DNA from: Acanthaster planci
Taxonomy: Eukaryota
Assembly (NCBI RefSeq): GCF_001949145.1
Contig: NW_019091357.1
Span: 1,295,210-1,359,209, forward strand
Direction: 5' to 3'
Length of the DNA: 64,000 bases
The first letter of the stretch is position 1; every line of letters starts with the position of its first letter. Below, in pieces: positions 61,954 through 64,000 of the stretch. A program made the position numbers and the translations under genes. A model generated the notes under the pieces. The model was given only the letters and a program-made list of their open reading frames with translations. It was not told the DNA's origin and ran no database searches.

Positions 61954-64000
61954 CACGTTTGTGGGAGAGGAGTGGGATAATAAAATAGAAAATGAACCAT
62001 TAAATACCAGCCCCCTCCAAAATATCAGGCAATTACAACCCCCAAAATGAAAGAAAACTTCTTTTATTAGAAGTTCAACCATTAAATTCCCCCCCCAAAA
62101 AAACTCAGGCAAACAAACCCCCCCCAAAAATAAAGAAATCAAGATTTTTAAATTGACGTTATAAATTTGTTCACAGAAGAGAATGACTTATGCTTCAATT
62201 GAAGAAAGCTCACCCATTAAACTAGTAAACATTTATCAAGTACAGACTGTTTCCCCCCCAAAAGAATTATTCCACAAGAAGTTGGATCGAAGTGGTTAGG
62301 GAGGAAGTGGCATAGGGCCAAGTGGAAATGGGGCGAAGTGACCCACACCCCTTTAACCGATGGTGCGCACATGCCTATGGAAGAATGATATGCAAAAAAC
62401 TCATGGTGGCGCTCTGTATCTCTCTAGGAGACTTATAAAGGCGTTTCCTTGATATGTTTGTCAAATCTGACCCTTAAACATGTGAACAAGAAAAAGCATG
62501 AAAAGTAAATAAGTTAAGTGAATTGCAAATCTGAAGGTATGAGATGTCTTAATTCACGGTATGAGTTGCCAAAGGTACGTGTACGAGTTGACTTGAAAGC
62601 GGCTAAGCTACAGTACAGACTTGACTAGCTGCACTGAATGGAGTGTTAGTATTTCTCTTTTTCGAAGTTTGGACTGGATCGGTCATACTCGGTCCAAAAT
62701 TCAAAAAAGAGGAAAATGCTTCTAACACTGCACTCAATAGAGCTAAGACATGACACTGTTTCATACATGATATAGTTTCTCGACTTTTGTCACAGTTTTT
62801 GCCAATAAGCCCCTCACATCCAGAGATAAAATTGCTCGTGATTTAGGTGTCTGTACAGTTGTGTTTGTTTGGTTGCATTTGGCCGAATAAATAATTATTA
62901 ATTCTTGGAAGTAGTATCTACCTTACATCTGTACATTTTATGTGGTTCATGTCTTTGAATATCAGATGGCCGATAAGTCTTCAGAAGTTTGTGTGTTACC
63001 AGTTTTCCATTTAACTGGATATGACAAGAGACAGTTACCCCAAATCCTTGATGCTGTGGAAAAGAAACTTCATTGTCGTCTCGTGGAAGATCTTCCTTTG
63101 CCCTTTGGTATGAATTAAAAATAAAATTTACTTTGTACATGCATGTGGATGTACCCTAACATTACCCACAGAACTTTGGGGTCCGATGGGGAGCGGGGTG
63201 GACATTGGACCCCACAGTTCTGGGGATACCCTAACGTGGTGTGGCCTCTAACATGGCACACTTTCATTTCGCTTTTTGTGTCTTAACAAAGCAAGAGTTT
63301 CAGCTCCAATTTCACAAGTATTGAGACTTTATCAAACTCCTGACATTCTGATTCATAAATCTCAGTTCTACATACCTGTTACAAAGTTTAGATGAAACTT
63401 GATTTTTTTGGCCCAATTTTCTGAGTTTTTTATGGCGTGCAAAATGAACTCATTTAAAATTTGCCCAGATATGTTTGAAAAGAAATTTCTGGTAAACTTG
63501 CGGATGGGTATTTGAATGGAAGTAATGATGCTTTACAAGAATTTATCAATTTTAAAGGATTTTGTAACTGTTCATATGGGATTTTCTGAGTATAGTGGGA
63601 ACACTCCGCTGAATTCAAGCCCAATTTCTGGATGCCAACAGTTTTGGATTTCATACGAAATTTCATGACACTAAAATTGTTCACAAAGGTTCAACACCCT
63701 GTATCATGAAGGCAATAGTACCAGTTTTTTCATTAATAATTTTACAAACCAGAAATAGTGACGCTTGTGGGGAAGTCCAAGAAAATTTAGCTAATTGCAT
63801 CCCATATGCAATGCCATGTTTTATGTAAAGAATTATCATGAAGACTAGTAACGGAAAATTCTTCGGAGTTTTCTCTATCTAGATTCCCAACAGTAGGATG
63901 AAAAACACCGAAATCCATAAATGCCATCAAGGGTGTGGGACATAGCATGTGTGAAAGTATGGACTTGCCCTTGTATGAGGCATATTCTAAATAAGCTGCA

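Noticed and set aside
62922..63100. Minus-strand open frame ending at a possible donor (AAG|GTAGAT)
   Set aside because: Weak acceptor, no recognisable domain, no partner exons found.

Overview
Eukaryotic, AT-rich, intron-containing genomic DNA from an invertebrate animal; the style of the IL-17 and NHL-repeat sequences suggests an echinoderm or other marine deuterostome (inference only). The main content is a compact cluster (about 13.5-56 kb) of six intact, strongly diverged interleukin-17-family cystine-knot cytokine genes in mixed orientation (+,-,+,-,-,-). Each has a signal peptide and a TATA box; four have small first coding exons missed by the ORF track, and several have nearby NF-kB, AP-1 or CRE sites and AU-rich 3' regions. 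Two paralogs have lost both cysteines of one knot disulfide, one has an odd cysteine count, and one has a basic N-terminal region. An intronless sulfotransferase-fold gene sits inside the cluster. The left end carries two copies of the first coding exon of a 4-coumarate-CoA-ligase/firefly-luciferase-like acyl-CoA synthetase, separated by Ty3/Gypsy and Penelope-like debris. The right end has a frameshifted NHL-repeat pseudogene fragment. LINE remnants, MITEs and short tandem repeats are scattered throughout. All calls are by eye from the sequence; no database searches were run.
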